A stretch of 64,000 nucleotides of DNA from Candidatus Heimdallarchaeota archaeon (GCA_018238155.1 JABCTZ010000018.1:1-64000); one strand, 5' to 3'; counted from the stretch's first letter, positions 29,808-41,656 are shown. Notes: generated by a model from the sequence alone, not told the origin. Translations and numbers: made by a program.

Positions 29808-29956
29808 AAACCAATTCTTCTCTCATTAACAACAAATTTTTCCGACAAATTTAGATTTATTCAACAATTCATTTGCCACAAAATATTGCTTTAAATATTA
29901 AAAGGGCAGTTTTAATATTGGAAGAGTTTAGCTTATCGAAAACTCTGGTGATTTAG

Positions 29957-30829
29957 ATGAAGAAAAAAATTATTACATCAATTTTCATTATCGTTCTTAC
30001 ACTCTCCTTGCCAATTAGTGCAAGTCAAGGATTAAGCGTTGGTGATTCTTTTACATTTGTAGTAAAATCAGCTACAGGTAATTTTGAATATATCAATGGA
30101 GCAACTACAGTTTCAGGTGAAACAAAAAAATTCCGTGTTGGGAGTACAGGTTTAAGTAAAGGTGCTAGTTTGGATGTTGAAGTAACATCAATTGGTTCAT
30201 CCAATGTTGGCTTTGATATAAAGAATAATGGTACTACTTTAGCTTCTCCAACAAACAATGGATTACTTTTTGCTTTAAGTTTAATTTTGTATACTCTTTA
30301 CCCTTTCCTTGTCATGGGTATCTCTGAAGGAGATGTTGGTCCTATTGATCCTACAAAAGGTGTCAGTTTAGGAGACATTTGGTATATTGCACCTCCATCA
30401 ATAGTTTGGACTGATGTCTACGATAGCTTTGAAAATACTACTAATTGGGATCCATTTTTCACTGCTTACAATCAATCGGAAGCGGATATGACAGTACAGA
30501 CTTCTGCTACTTGGTATGACGGTGGCGAGACATTGAGCTTCGTTGTTTCTGCATCAGGTAATTATCTAATAGCTGCAGAAAGCACCGATCTTGCAATAAT
30601 ACATTCTGTAGAATTCCATTACAATACTACTAGTTATGTTCTTCAAGGGTATGATATATTAACAATTATATCCGGAGACTATAAAGGGGACTCAACATCT
30701 TTCAGCATGAATGCTGAAGTTGCTGAGCAATCATATACTCGAAGAATTGGTATAGAACCTCTTGCTCTTATACTTGGAGTTATTCTATCTTCAGGAGTTC
30801 TTGTAGTAATCAAAAAACGAAAGGAATAA
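29957..30829 (+). CDS. Secreted, C-terminally anchored surface protein of unknown function
   Basis: Signal peptide; beta-rich body; C-terminal TM then KKRKE; GGTGA RBS. Confidence 0.75.
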   Translation: MKKKIITSIFIIVLTLSLPISASQGLSVGDSFTFVVKSATGNFEYINGATTVSGETKKFRVGSTGLSKGASLDVEVTSIGSSNVGFDIKNNGTTLASPTNNGLLFALSLILYTLYPFLVMGISEGDVGPIDPTKGVSLGDIWYIAPPSIVWTDVYDSFENTTNWDPFFTAYNQSEADMTVQTSATWYDGGETLSFVVSASGNYLIAAESTDLAIIHSVEFHYNTTSYVLQGYDILTIISGDYKGDSTSFSMNAEVAEQSYTRRIGIEPLALILGVILSSGVLVVIKKRKE

Positions 30830-31015
30830 TCACGTTTATTCGTGAATTATTCTCACTTTTTTTTTCAAATTATGAGAACTCTGAATTGATTTATTTTGTA
30901 AATTGTTAGATTACTTTTTATCAAAGAATTAAAGAAATAAAAAGTAGGAATTTTTATATATAATATAACACATTTCTCTTTATCATATTATTTGAATACA
31001 GAGGAGAGTTACTTC

Positions 31016-32713
31016 TTGAAAAGAAATAAAGCAATTAATACTTTTGTTATAATATCACTAATTTTCATTGGAATAATTATACCCAATACTTTGGGTTTAA
31101 TCAATGAACCTGAGCCCACTTTATCTATTTTAATTGATGCTCCAATTATCATTAGTCCAGTTAACAATGCATTTATTGGAGAATCGTCAGTTACTCTTGA
31201 TTGGTATGATGTAACTGGTGCAATAGAGTACCATCTTATATTTAGAACGACTAGTGGTGGTAGTTCTAGCGGTATCTACATTACCGAATCACGTGTGGAA
31301 TTTTCAGATATTAATGATAATTCATACGAGTGGTATGTTTCTGCAAAAAATTCAGATAATCAATGGAGTGCTAATAGTATAACTCGTCAATTCACAATTG
31401 ATACAATTCCACCAGATACTCCTACATTACTATCTCCAATTAATGGAGTATTTAGAGATGTTAATACTCCCACATTTTTTGATTGGGATTATGTTCCATC
31501 TGCATTTAGATACGATATACAAATTGACAATAACGATGATTTTAGTTCAATAATTTCTTCTGTCTATCTAACATCAAGTCAATATAATTATGTTAATAGT
31601 CTATCTGATGGAGTATATTATTGGCGTGTTCGAGCTGAAGATCGAGCTGGAAATTATGGTGATTGGAGTGAAATATTTCAGTTTACGGTTGATACTTCTT
31701 TTGCAGGAGGTACTCCCGTATTAATTTCTCCACATGATGGTGTAACATTTAATAACAATAATGGACCATTCTTTGAGTGTCGCGTAGTTCCTACTGCAAC
31801 ACAATACCAATACCAAATAGATAATAATGACGATTTTAGTTCACTTGAAATTGATAGTGTTCGTTCTTCAAGAGGGCTTGTCTGTCCATATTTATCGGAT
31901 GATACTTATTATTGGCGTGTTCGTGCTGGAACAAATCCTGATAACCGAGGACCTTGGAGTGAAGTTAGATACTTTAACATTGTTGCTCCTTTAGACAGTC
32001 CAACATTGATTTCACTTGCTAATGGAACAATAACTAATGATGTTACTCCTGATTTAGATTGGGGAGATTTGCATGGAGCAGCAAGATATAATATCGTACT
32101 TTATCAGAATAATACTGAATATGCTTCACAAGTGTTTTCTGATTATGTCACATCTAGTAATCTTACTTGCTCAAGTTTATCTGATGGCAATTATATTTGG
32201 CGTGTTCGAGCTCGTCGATCTGTAGGTAGTTATGGCAGATGGTCTGATTATCAGCACTTTCAAATTGATACCAAGGCTCCAGTAATAACCCAAGTTAAAC
32301 ATACGCCAAATAATCCAACTGAAGCAAATTCGATATTCATCAGCTGTGATGTTTTTGATCAACATGTTATTGATTCTGTTATTTTGCACTATAGATTCAA
32401 TTCAGGTATTTGGAATGATATTGCAATGATTTTGATTTCTGGTACTACCTATCAAGTAAATTTGGGGTCATTCGCAGGTGGGACAACTATTGATTATAAA
32501 ATTTCTGCAATAGATTCGGTAATTGGATCTAATGAGGATGTGAATGATAATGGAGGTTCCAATTTTAGCTTCATAATACAATCATTATCATCATCACCTC
32601 CACCCACTTCAACACCGTCCACAACACCAACAAATCAATTAGCTATTGCATTGTTGATACCATTTAGTGTCATAATGTTGATATCGATTATAATTATAAG
32701 AAAGAAAAAGTAA
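31016..32713 (+). CDS. Surface protein with four FnIII/Ig-like repeats, an additional Ig-like domain, Ser/Pro/Thr linker and TM anchor
   Basis: Repeated PxLxSPxNG...LSDGxYYWRVRA...WS; TTG 31016 after GAGGAG; ends IIIRKKK. Confidence 0.8.
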   Translation: MKRNKAINTFVIISLIFIGIIIPNTLGLINEPEPTLSILIDAPIIISPVNNAFIGESSVTLDWYDVTGAIEYHLIFRTTSGGSSSGIYITESRVEFSDINDNSYEWYVSAKNSDNQWSANSITRQFTIDTIPPDTPTLLSPINGVFRDVNTPTFFDWDYVPSAFRYDIQIDNNDDFSSIISSVYLTSSQYNYVNSLSDGVYYWRVRAEDRAGNYGDWSEIFQFTVDTSFAGGTPVLISPHDGVTFNNNNGPFFECRVVPTATQYQYQIDNNDDFSSLEIDSVRSSRGLVCPYLSDDTYYWRVRAGTNPDNRGPWSEVRYFNIVAPLDSPTLISLANGTITNDVTPDLDWGDLHGAARYNIVLYQNNTEYASQVFSDYVTSSNLTCSSLSDGNYIWRVRARRSVGSYGRWSDYQHFQIDTKAPVITQVKHTPNNPTEANSIFISCDVFDQHVIDSVILHYRFNSGIWNDIAMILISGTTYQVNLGSFAGGTTIDYKISAIDSVIGSNEDVNDNGGSNFSFIIQSLSSSPPPTSTPSTTPTNQLAIALLIPFSVIMLISIIIIRKKK

Positions 32714-32779
32714 TTTCTTTCTTATTTATTTTATACTAGAAAAAATAAGAAGAGTCTTTATTTGAAAAAAAAGAAGCTT

Positions 32780-33541
32780 TCACTCTTTTTTAGCTTCAAT
32801 CTTCTCTGTATCAAATTTTTCTGAGAATTGTTGTCCTTCTGACATTTTTAGCGTCCATTCCTCACCTTTAATAGCCGCTATTAAGCTTGGAATGTGTCTT
32901 GGTAATTGAGCTAACCACATTCCAAAAAGTATGAAAAACTGTGCCATGAACAAAGTAAAAGTTCCAAATGCAACTATTGACCATTCTGTAGGAATTGTTG
33001 TCCAAGGCGGACCGAACCCCATAAACATTGCAACGGGAACGTAGAATATTGCTGATAAGACTGTTGATACTCTTGTAGGTACCTTAAATAGTCCAATCAT
33101 GAGACCAAACGGTAAGAAGTAAACGATTAGAACGAGGGGATTCACCCAAAACAAAGTTCCAATGAACACTGCGGATCCACGACCTCCTTTAAATTTCAAA
33201 AACGGAGAGTGATTGTGACCTAAAATACAAAGTGCAGGACCAATGGTCACAGCTAATGTGTGCCAAATTGTTGAATCGTTAGTAAAAGTATTCATAGAGA
33301 AAATCCAATCTAACAACGCAATTGGAATAAAACCTTTCAAAATATCGACAAACATAACAGTAAGTCCTATTGGGAGTCCATAAGTCATAACGGCATTAAA
33401 TCCACCGGGATTTCCAATATTGAAATTCCTAAGATCTTTACCTGTTGCTAATCTTCCAATGATTACAGAATAAGGAATAGAACCACTCAGAAATGAACCT
33501 AGCAATCCTAATACGAGCCATAGAATATTGATGAGAGCCAT
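32780..33541 (-). CDS. plsY: PlsY-family glycerol-3-phosphate acyltransferase-like protein
   Basis: GSIP...DLR...GNPGGFN, DILKG, GHNHSPFLKFKGGRG, RH motif; multi-TM; GGTGA RBS. Confidence 0.8.
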   Translation of the reverse strand: MALINILWLVLGLLGSFLSGSIPYSVIIGRLATGKDLRNFNIGNPGGFNAVMTYGLPIGLTVMFVDILKGFIPIALLDWIFSMNTFTNDSTIWHTLAVTIGPALCILGHNHSPFLKFKGGRGSAVFIGTLFWVNPLVLIVYFLPFGLMIGLFKVPTRVSTVLSAIFYVPVAMFMGFGPPWTTIPTEWSIVAFGTFTLFMAQFFILFGMWLAQLPRHIPSLIAAIKGEEWTLKMSEGQQFSEKFDTEKIEAKKE

Positions 33542-33831
33542 TTTTTCACCTAGAGACTTCTACATAACCATTACTATACCCCTTATTAATTTTTCAGATG
33601 ATATTTTCATGATGAAAATATAAAAGAAAGAACAATATAAACTGCTAATTTGACTTTATGAGTAGTTTATCATTTTCTTTGACATTCCTTAAAAATTTAT
33701 ACTTTAATAACTCAAAAATCCTATTTTACTAGATTTCTTATGTGAAGTTAAAAAAAATTTTGGATAGAAAAATATTAAATAGAGTTAGATAATAAACAGA
33801 GTAATTAAAAATACGGATGATTGATTAAACA

Positions 33832-34353
33832 ATGATTTGGGTAACTAGAGATTACGTTCACGTCGATCGTGTTGCTTGTCCATGGTTAATTAAGCGGTTT
33901 ATAGATATTAAAGCTCAATTTATCTTTCTTGGAAAAGATGAAATAGCTGGTTTTGCAGAAAAAACAGGTGCAATTCCATATGACGTTAAAGGTGCTAAAC
34001 TTGACCATTATAAAAAAGATGGAAAAAACTATTGCACTTTTGATGCAATAATTGAAAAATACGAATTAAAAGATGAAGCCTTAGGACTTCTTCGTAATAT
34101 AGTTAATGCAGCAGATACAAACAGATTTGAAGAAGAACCATTAGCTTTAGGTCTTGAAGCAATCGCTTGTGGTGCGCCATTATTGACAAATTCTGATCAT
34201 GAATCTTTAGAAATGGAATTTCCATTCTATGATGCATTATATGCTTATCTTCAAGAAAAGATAATTCATAAAAAATATCCAAAAGAACTCGAAAAATTAG
34301 CAACTCGCGGTGAGCGGCAAGCTTTCGTAAAAGAGAAGTTAAAAGAATGGTAA
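33832..34353 (+). CDS. ChrB-like (chromate resistance domain) protein
   Basis: WVTR...VDRVACPWLIKRFID...AIPYD...CTFDAII. Confidence 0.8.
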   Translation: MIWVTRDYVHVDRVACPWLIKRFIDIKAQFIFLGKDEIAGFAEKTGAIPYDVKGAKLDHYKKDGKNYCTFDAIIEKYELKDEALGLLRNIVNAADTNRFEEEPLALGLEAIACGAPLLTNSDHESLEMEFPFYDALYAYLQEKIIHKKYPKELEKLATRGERQAFVKEKLKEW

Positions 34354-34380
34354 TTTTTTGTTGATCTCAATTGTAGATCC

Positions 34381-35310
34381 TCAGTGAGTTATTCTTTTAA
34401 ATATCCTTTTTTTGTATTTAATTTTCGTCTCAAGTTTTTCAATTTCTTCTTGATAAGAATTATTTTCAGGATTTATTTCAGCTGCTTTTTTGTAATATTC
34501 CAATGCTTTATCATATTCCTCTGTTTCTGTGTAGACTTCTCCTAAACTACACCATGTGCTATCATTTTTTGGGTCTATTTCGAGGCTTTTCTCAATGTTC
34601 TTTATTGCCTCTTTATATTTTCCCAATCTTAGATAAAGAATGCCAATATTGTTCCAAGTTGTGGGATATTCTGGAGTAATCTTTACTGCTTTCTTTAAGC
34701 ATTTCAAAGATTTCTCAAACTCATTCCTATGATAATGTAAATCTGATAAATGTACAATAATTAAAGGGATGTCAATATTATTATCTAGCACTTTGTAATA
34801 ATATTCAATCGCCTTATCAATATTTGACATTAATTCATAGAGTTCTGCAATGACGAAAAGAATCTCTGCATCATTTTCAGCAAATTTTTCAGCTTGTAGA
34901 AAAAATTTAAGAGATTTTTCATGTTGGGATTGTAATTTATACAAACTTCCTAAATTGTAATTTATATCTACATTATCTGCATCCAATGCTTTTGCTTTCA
35001 AATAGTACTCTTCACTTCTCTCAAATTCTTGCTTATCAGAAAAGATATTACCCAAAATTTGTAATGCAATAATATCTTTAGCATTAATTTCCAATGCTCT
35101 TTGAGAATACTCTTCTGCTTTCTCCAATTCTTCATTATGATAATAGTGATTAATGATAACTCGAAAAACAGCTTCATTTTTTAGTTCAGGTTCAATGGCT
35201 TTTTGGAAGCATTCCTCTGATTTTTCAATTTCATTCTTGAAATAAAGCAAAACACCTTCTTTAAGTACTTTTTTCGTTTCTTCTTTAAAAATCTGAGAAT
35301 TGTTTGCCAT
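34381..35310 (-). CDS. TPR repeat protein
   Basis: Multiple WNNIG/LGxxY...A...YxKA repeats; ATG 35310 preferred because it avoids overlap with the upstream gene. Confidence 0.85.
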   Translation of the reverse strand: MANNSQIFKEETKKVLKEGVLLYFKNEIEKSEECFQKAIEPELKNEAVFRVIINHYYHNEELEKAEEYSQRALEINAKDIIALQILGNIFSDKQEFERSEEYYLKAKALDADNVDINYNLGSLYKLQSQHEKSLKFFLQAEKFAENDAEILFVIAELYELMSNIDKAIEYYYKVLDNNIDIPLIIVHLSDLHYHRNEFEKSLKCLKKAVKITPEYPTTWNNIGILYLRLGKYKEAIKNIEKSLEIDPKNDSTWCSLGEVYTETEEYDKALEYYKKAAEINPENNSYQEEIEKLETKIKYKKRIFKRITH

Positions 35311-35341
35311 TGATTGCACTTCCTTCGTAAAAAATAACCAG

Positions 35342-36550
35342 TTAGAATATAGATATTTTTGTTGCATTTTCAACAGTATTACAACCATTAAACTTGGCAA
35401 AACAATTGAAACCATGAATTAGTCTTTCTTTTCTAGCTTCAGTAAGTATTATTCCATCTTCAAATTCTAATGCTTTTATCTCAAGAATCTTTTTAGCTCT
35501 ATGTGCTTTCAAATCCGCTCTTCCAATCAATTGATAACCATCTAAAATTGGCAAAGCAAAATAACCAAATTTACGTTTTGGCGCAGGAACATAACATTCA
35601 ATCTTATATTCAAAGTGCCAAATTTTTGACGGAAAGCTTCTTTCACGAATGATATTATCAAAAGGAGTTAGAAATTTCACTTTGTTGTTTTTGATATCTT
35701 TGTTAATTATTGCTTCTAACTTAGATACGTTTTCTTTAAGTGAATAATGCTTCTCTTCATTATCTTCGATTTGAATCTCAACAAGTATATCATTTTTAAC
35801 GCAATCTTGTAGATAATCTGTAATTGCATTTTTATTGTTTTTCCAGAGATATTTTGCAGGAGATTTACCTAAGTAAGTTTTCAATTCATCTTTATTTGCA
35901 ATACCTATGGATGAAAGTATCGTTTTAGTTAAATATCCCGGGAGAAGGTCATCACTCATAGGTTCGATATCAATACCTGCAGGCACAACATTTTCAGATA
36001 AATCAAATGTCTTCTGAAAATTCTTTCGGTAGGCTACGAGAAGTTTTCCTTGTAGGAATAAACTTTCGAGAGCCATTTTTTCTGTTTTCCAATCCCACCA
36101 CCCTTCACTTTTTGTTGGCTTTTCTTTTTTGAAATCGGTGCTAGAAGTTAAGCCATTCTTTTTTACGTGTGAATAGACTCTATCCATTACAGATTGATTT
36201 ATCTTAACCCATTTTTTCCACCAACTTGGCATGTTTTTTTGATTGTATTTCATTTTCCAAGCATAGAAGGGATATTCTTCAAAAGGCATTAAACACATTG
36301 CGTGAGACCAAAATTCAAACAATTTTTTTTCATTGAGCCATTTCCAAACATCTTTTTCTTGATAATCATCTATTCGATTGAATAAAATTAGATCATGCGA
36401 TCGAGCAACAACAGAAATAGTGTCAATTTGGATATTATGAATCTTCTTTGCTACACTCAAAACATCGTCAAAACAGTTAATCGCCCCTAGACCTTGTTCC
36501 TCAATAATGAACTTTTGTGCAGTTTGGTTTGATATTTCCACCATAGACAA
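35342..36550 (-). CDS. YcaQ-family (HTH_42) DNA crosslink-repair glycosylase
   Basis: IQIDTISVVARSH, LFEFWSH, WWDWK, LTPFDN, YKIECYVPAPKRKFGYF. Confidence 0.85.
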   Translation of the reverse strand: MSMVEISNQTAQKFIIEEQGLGAINCFDDVLSVAKKIHNIQIDTISVVARSHDLILFNRIDDYQEKDVWKWLNEKKLFEFWSHAMCLMPFEEYPFYAWKMKYNQKNMPSWWKKWVKINQSVMDRVYSHVKKNGLTSSTDFKKEKPTKSEGWWDWKTEKMALESLFLQGKLLVAYRKNFQKTFDLSENVVPAGIDIEPMSDDLLPGYLTKTILSSIGIANKDELKTYLGKSPAKYLWKNNKNAITDYLQDCVKNDILVEIQIEDNEEKHYSLKENVSKLEAIINKDIKNNKVKFLTPFDNIIRERSFPSKIWHFEYKIECYVPAPKRKFGYFALPILDGYQLIGRADLKAHRAKKILEIKALEFEDGIILTEARKERLIHGFNCFAKFNGCNTVENATKISIF

Positions 36551-36723
36551 TTATTCCTGTGACTTAAAGTTAATACAATAGAAATATAAAAATTACCTAT
36601 TATAGTATAGTGAAATATAGCTAAAAATACAATTACATTTACACTGCTAATTTAAATAACAATAAAAAAAATTGAATAAAAAAAAGTTACCCCTTTTAGG
36701 GTCGAAATCGAATGTCTAGCAAC

Positions 36724-39585
36724 CTAAACTGTTGGCTGCAGTGACTCAGCTACTTTTTCTCCTTTTACTCGTAGTAAAGATGGTATTATTGAGAGGAGTG
36801 GTGCTCCAAGAATAAATACAATAATTGCTCCTAACCAAATAAAATTGACAGAATATCTGAGAGGTAATATTACTCTTTCTAGTAAGAAAGGTTTGGTTAA
36901 TAATAAACACAGTAGTGCCATTGGAAATGCAATGAGTGCACTTACAAATAGAGTTACAAAATTAATGACTAATAACTCAGAGGAAACCATCCAAGCAAGG
37001 TTTCTATGAGAGTTTCCTAATGCAGAGAGTATAGCATTATTTATTTTTCTTTGCGAAAGAATAAAGTCAATATTTGTCAATATTACAAGTAAACCAATGA
37101 TATTGACCAAAACGATTTGTGCAATGAAGAAAGTTTCTATGAATGGAACATATCGAAAAACATATCCTTCTCCAAAGCTAACATATTCTAATGGAGAATT
37201 CACTTCAATGATAGTAGAAAAAGAAGAAATTTCTGTTTCAACTTCTTCTAAATTAGCATCTTCTGTTATGCTAGCGAAAAACAAATCAGTTGCTGGTACG
37301 CCATAATCATTGAATATTTTCTCATCATGAACAATCAAATAATATGGATTTAACTGATCGAGGGCAAAATTTCCTTCAGAGGATAATCCTAATCCGGGAG
37401 CAGAATGAATAATTCCTACAACAGTTAAAACATCTGACTTAGCATAAGCTTCAAGTGGTAAATCACTAAGAATGACTGTATCCCAAACTTTCAGATTGAA
37501 TCGTCTTGCTAGAGAATCACTAATGAGAGTACCATTTGCAACCATTTCTAATCTATTTAACCAATCAATATGAGTGTAATCGCTGTAGTCTTCTGACATA
37601 ATATCATCACTATATATGAAACTAGTATCATCCCAGCGACCGATCTTGATGAACTGACTAACATTGATACCATAAATTGATACATAACCTTGTCTCAATT
37701 CAGGTGAAGCTAATTTTGCTGAAATTTTCATCAGCGGCATAACTTCATCTATACCATCTATATCACTTAGCGTTTTGGCAAAACTTCGATCAACATTGTG
37801 TGTACTTATTCGTAAATCTGCGCCTTGATTATAATAAGCTGTATCGATTTCATTTTGATTCAAAGAGCTTAAAACCGTCATTGAAAAGAATGTCGTACTT
37901 GTTACAATAAGTAAAATAAGCAATATTGGTGAAAATTTGAATCTAGAATTTCGAAGATTGCTCCGAACAAAGAAACCATTTTTTCCAAGAAAAGTGTTAT
38001 AAAACCATTTAGAACGTCCAAGTAGGCTTATTAGTCCAACTGAAGCGCAAATAGCAAGGAGAACTATTAAAGCTATTAGAATAATAAACAATATAGAGCC
38101 CTTCTGAGCAAGTTCAAGTGTAAAAGAATACTCATAATTGAAATCTTTTCCATAAATAATTCCAAAGACAACTAGTAATACAATTGTCGCTAAAGTGGTT
38201 GCTATCAGAAAAGCAAACAGAATCCATTTTTGAATTTTATTTCTAAATTTCTGTTCTCTTTCAGATACTTCACTAACAAGTATCCTATCTATTTTATAGA
38301 TAGCATAAATCATCGATATAATAATTATTGTTGATATTGAAAGTAATACAGGAATAATACTAATGCTGAGATTCTGTATATAGGTTGAGAACGTGAGCCA
38401 TGTCAATTGTTGGGTGCCAAAGGCAGGTATTATTGCAGCTATAAATAACGATGTTATTATTGAGCATGATAGTGCAATTAGGATAATTATTAAAAATTCA
38501 AGAATAAATATACCAATAATTTGTGATTTTTGTCCTCCAAATTGCTTCAATAATTGAATTTCATTTTCCTTTTTTTCCAAAACAATATTTGTTGAAAATA
38601 GTGTTTGTAATATGCCTAATATAATTACAGGTAATAAAATAAATACATAAACATTGGTTTTCTTGAACGCTTCCTCTAAATCGTTTAAAGGAGCGTTTAG
38701 AATTGCTGGCAGTGAGCTTGTTTGAGCAAGTATTAGTTGGTCAGTTAGCAATTCAATCTTTGGTATAATTTCATTTACTCCATCTTCAGTTAGTAATTTG
38801 GCATTTAATTTAACTACCAAGATAGGCGTTAATCCATTTTCGTCCATGCGATCGATATCGTCAATGTTAAGGTTTTTAGTTAAAAAGATAGCCGAATCTT
38901 CAATGAAATCTTGAGAGTAAGTTGATTGTAACATTGTTATTCCAGGAATAGCTTTGTAAATTCCTCGAATAGTTATATTGTAGAAGTGTTTTGGTTCATA
39001 TTGATACAATTTTATACCAAAATCAGTGCTCTTTTTACAAATAGACATATTTACTTTCATACCTGGTACAATAGTTTGATTATAAATTACTTCCAATTGT
39101 AAAGCAACACTCTCAGAGATTAGTGTATCATTTCCTGTAAGTTTGAATTCACCATTAACAGTAAATTGTTTTGAAATTCTGGTAATAGTATTGTTTGAAA
39201 CCAGTAATAAAGTAGATAATCCAATGGGATTAGACATATCATCTTGATTGTTCAATGGTAAGAAACGATAGTCTGGAACTTTATTTTCTGCATTAAAAAA
39301 GGCTATATTTGAACGAACTAAAGCTGTTGAATCTACTAAACTATCAGAGTCTAACCATTCTTTGATTTCGGGAATTCTATGTGGAAGATATGAATTCACT
39401 CTTAGTTCAAAGTCCAAATCAGACATGAAATCTGTTATCGCTAAATCCTCAGAGGTGCTAGACCAAACACTTAGAGAAATGATAGCTGTGATTGAAATGA
39501 AGAATCCCAGAAAATAAATTAGTGATTGTCTTTTCCCACTCCAAATATTCCTAAATGCACTTTTTAAATAGAAAGCAAATGCCAT
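36724..39585 (-). CDS. FtsX/MacB-like ABC transporter permease (duplicated architecture)
   Basis: Two units of TM, large extracytoplasmic loop and 3 TM; EIQLLKQFGG and AILSALG motifs; GADL. Confidence 0.75.
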   Translation of the reverse strand: MAFAFYLKSAFRNIWSGKRQSLIYFLGFFISITAIISLSVWSSTSEDLAITDFMSDLDFELRVNSYLPHRIPEIKEWLDSDSLVDSTALVRSNIAFFNAENKVPDYRFLPLNNQDDMSNPIGLSTLLLVSNNTITRISKQFTVNGEFKLTGNDTLISESVALQLEVIYNQTIVPGMKVNMSICKKSTDFGIKLYQYEPKHFYNITIRGIYKAIPGITMLQSTYSQDFIEDSAIFLTKNLNIDDIDRMDENGLTPILVVKLNAKLLTEDGVNEIIPKIELLTDQLILAQTSSLPAILNAPLNDLEEAFKKTNVYVFILLPVIILGILQTLFSTNIVLEKKENEIQLLKQFGGQKSQIIGIFILEFLIIILIALSCSIITSLFIAAIIPAFGTQQLTWLTFSTYIQNLSISIIPVLLSISTIIIISMIYAIYKIDRILVSEVSEREQKFRNKIQKWILFAFLIATTLATIVLLVVFGIIYGKDFNYEYSFTLELAQKGSILFIILIALIVLLAICASVGLISLLGRSKWFYNTFLGKNGFFVRSNLRNSRFKFSPILLILLIVTSTTFFSMTVLSSLNQNEIDTAYYNQGADLRISTHNVDRSFAKTLSDIDGIDEVMPLMKISAKLASPELRQGYVSIYGINVSQFIKIGRWDDTSFIYSDDIMSEDYSDYTHIDWLNRLEMVANGTLISDSLARRFNLKVWDTVILSDLPLEAYAKSDVLTVVGIIHSAPGLGLSSEGNFALDQLNPYYLIVHDEKIFNDYGVPATDLFFASITEDANLEEVETEISSFSTIIEVNSPLEYVSFGEGYVFRYVPFIETFFIAQIVLVNIIGLLVILTNIDFILSQRKINNAILSALGNSHRNLAWMVSSELLVINFVTLFVSALIAFPMALLCLLLTKPFLLERVILPLRYSVNFIWLGAIIVFILGAPLLSIIPSLLRVKGEKVAESLQPTV

Positions 39586-39829
39586 CTCAATCACTTAACC
39601 TACTTTTATTTGCTTATTGTTTCTTATTATAAATCTTTATTGACTGATTGAATAGAATGAATTCTCAAAATCATAAGAAATAAAACTACTATACCTATAA
39701 AATTAGTGGTCTTTTGAATATTAGCTGTTACTTTTGAAGATTCTATTCCGTTCTATTAACAAAAATGAGTCAATATCCTCTTCAAGTAAACAAAATATTT
39801 AATTGTATTTGAATGTTTAAAATGTACTT

Positions 39830-41656
39830 ATGACAAATTACAAGCCTGATCCGTTACCTTTTGACGAATTGTTAGGATTACCATCTTATTCGATGCCAAC
39901 ATTGACTAAGAATAAGGATAAACTAGCTTTTTTTTGGGATAAAACAGGTCAAATAGAATTGTATGTGCTTGATATGGAAACCAAAGAAATTGAACAGATT
40001 TCTCATGGAGAATTACCAAAATCACCAAGAACAGGTTTCACTTGGGATAAAGAAGGGAAGAAAATTTTCTTTGGAAAAGATAGTGGTGGAAATGAGCAAA
40101 GCGATATTTGGGTTATAGATATTCTAACAAAAAAAGCAAAACCTTTGACTGAAACACCCAAGGCTCAAGAGCATGTAGGAAAAATTAGCAATGATAATCA
40201 ATGGTTAACTTTTATGAGCACACGAGAGGGACAAATGAATGTTTTCAAAATGAAATTAGATGGTTCTGAAGTGACTCAACTTTCTGCATCGGATATTCCT
40301 GTGAATGGTGGTATTTGGAGTCCAGATGACAAATTTATCGCTATGGGCACTAATGAGATGAAAACGAATCTAGAGAATGATGACATTTATCTTTACAACA
40401 TTGAAACAGGTGAAATGGAAAGAGTGATAAGAATTACTGAAGAAGGTTCTCACGATAGATTTGGTGATTGGTCTCCAGATGGAAAAAGCTTCTCATTAAT
40501 GTCAGATGCATCTGGTTTGAATCAAGTAGGAATCTACACCATTGATTCTAAAGAAATCAATTGGTTGAGTGATGGTTCAGTAGATGAAAATGGAGGCAAG
40601 TTCAGTGAATCTGGAAAATATCTCGTAGTATTGCGAAATCATGAATCAACACTAAAACCAATTGTTTATGATTTAAAAACAGGTGATAAAAAGGAGTTAG
40701 ATATACCTGAAGGATTAGCCTTTTTCTATGATTTCATTAGCGATGATAAACTTCTTTTCTTATTCACTAATCCACAAATTAAAGGAGATATTTGGATATA
40801 CGATATAGCTACTGATAAATATCAAGTACTTCTTGCTTCAGAATATGGTTCAATTGACAAATCAAAATTATTGGAACCGGAATATATAAAGTACAAATCT
40901 TTTGATGGATTAGAAATACCGGCAATTGTTTACAAGCCCAAAAATATTCCCAAAGGAGTAAAGTTACCAGCAATTATCAACGTTCATGGTGGTCCAACAG
41001 GACAATTTTTCAGAACATTCGATGTCATGGATTCATATACAGCTTCAGAAGGTTTTGTTGTTATTTTGCCAAATATTCGAGGAAGCACTGGATATGGTGT
41101 TGAATTTAGAGATGCTTGTATAAAGGACTGGGGTGGAAAAGATTTACAAGATGTAGTTTATGCTGCAAAATATTTGAAATCCCTTCCATATGTTGATCCC
41201 GATAGAATTGGCGTTGGTGGTGGATCATATGGTGGCTTCATGACATTCATTGCGGTAACTAAAGAACCGGAACATTGGAAAGCAGGATTTGCTTGGATTG
41301 GTATCTCCGACTTCTTTACTATGTATGAGGAATCAATGCCACATTTCAAGTATTTCCTCGCAAGGCAAATGGGCGATCCGATAACTGACAAAGACCTATG
41401 GTATGACAGGAGTGCAGTAAACTTTGCTGAAAAGATGACTGCTAAATTGCTTATTTTCCATGGAATAAATGATCCCCGTTGTCCAATCAGTCAAGCAAGA
41501 ATATTCAGAGATAAATTGAATGATCTTGGCAAAAAAGAAGGAGAGGATTATGAATATATGGAATTAGACTCTGTTGGTCATGGTGGGTTTGGTGATATTG
41601 CTACTAGAAAGCTTACTGTAAAAACCATGGTTGATTTCTTCAAAAGAGCATTATGA
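39830..41656 (+). CDS. S9 family (acylaminoacyl/prolyl oligopeptidase-like) serine peptidase
   Basis: WSPDG propeller repeats; VHGGP; GGSYGG; HGINDPRC; GHG. Confidence 0.92.
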   Translation: MTNYKPDPLPFDELLGLPSYSMPTLTKNKDKLAFFWDKTGQIELYVLDMETKEIEQISHGELPKSPRTGFTWDKEGKKIFFGKDSGGNEQSDIWVIDILTKKAKPLTETPKAQEHVGKISNDNQWLTFMSTREGQMNVFKMKLDGSEVTQLSASDIPVNGGIWSPDDKFIAMGTNEMKTNLENDDIYLYNIETGEMERVIRITEEGSHDRFGDWSPDGKSFSLMSDASGLNQVGIYTIDSKEINWLSDGSVDENGGKFSESGKYLVVLRNHESTLKPIVYDLKTGDKKELDIPEGLAFFYDFISDDKLLFLFTNPQIKGDIWIYDIATDKYQVLLASEYGSIDKSKLLEPEYIKYKSFDGLEIPAIVYKPKNIPKGVKLPAIINVHGGPTGQFFRTFDVMDSYTASEGFVVILPNIRGSTGYGVEFRDACIKDWGGKDLQDVVYAAKYLKSLPYVDPDRIGVGGGSYGGFMTFIAVTKEPEHWKAGFAWIGISDFFTMYEESMPHFKYFLARQMGDPITDKDLWYDRSAVNFAEKMTAKLLIFHGINDPRCPISQARIFRDKLNDLGKKEGEDYEYMELDSVGHGGFGDIATRKLTVKTMVDFFKRAL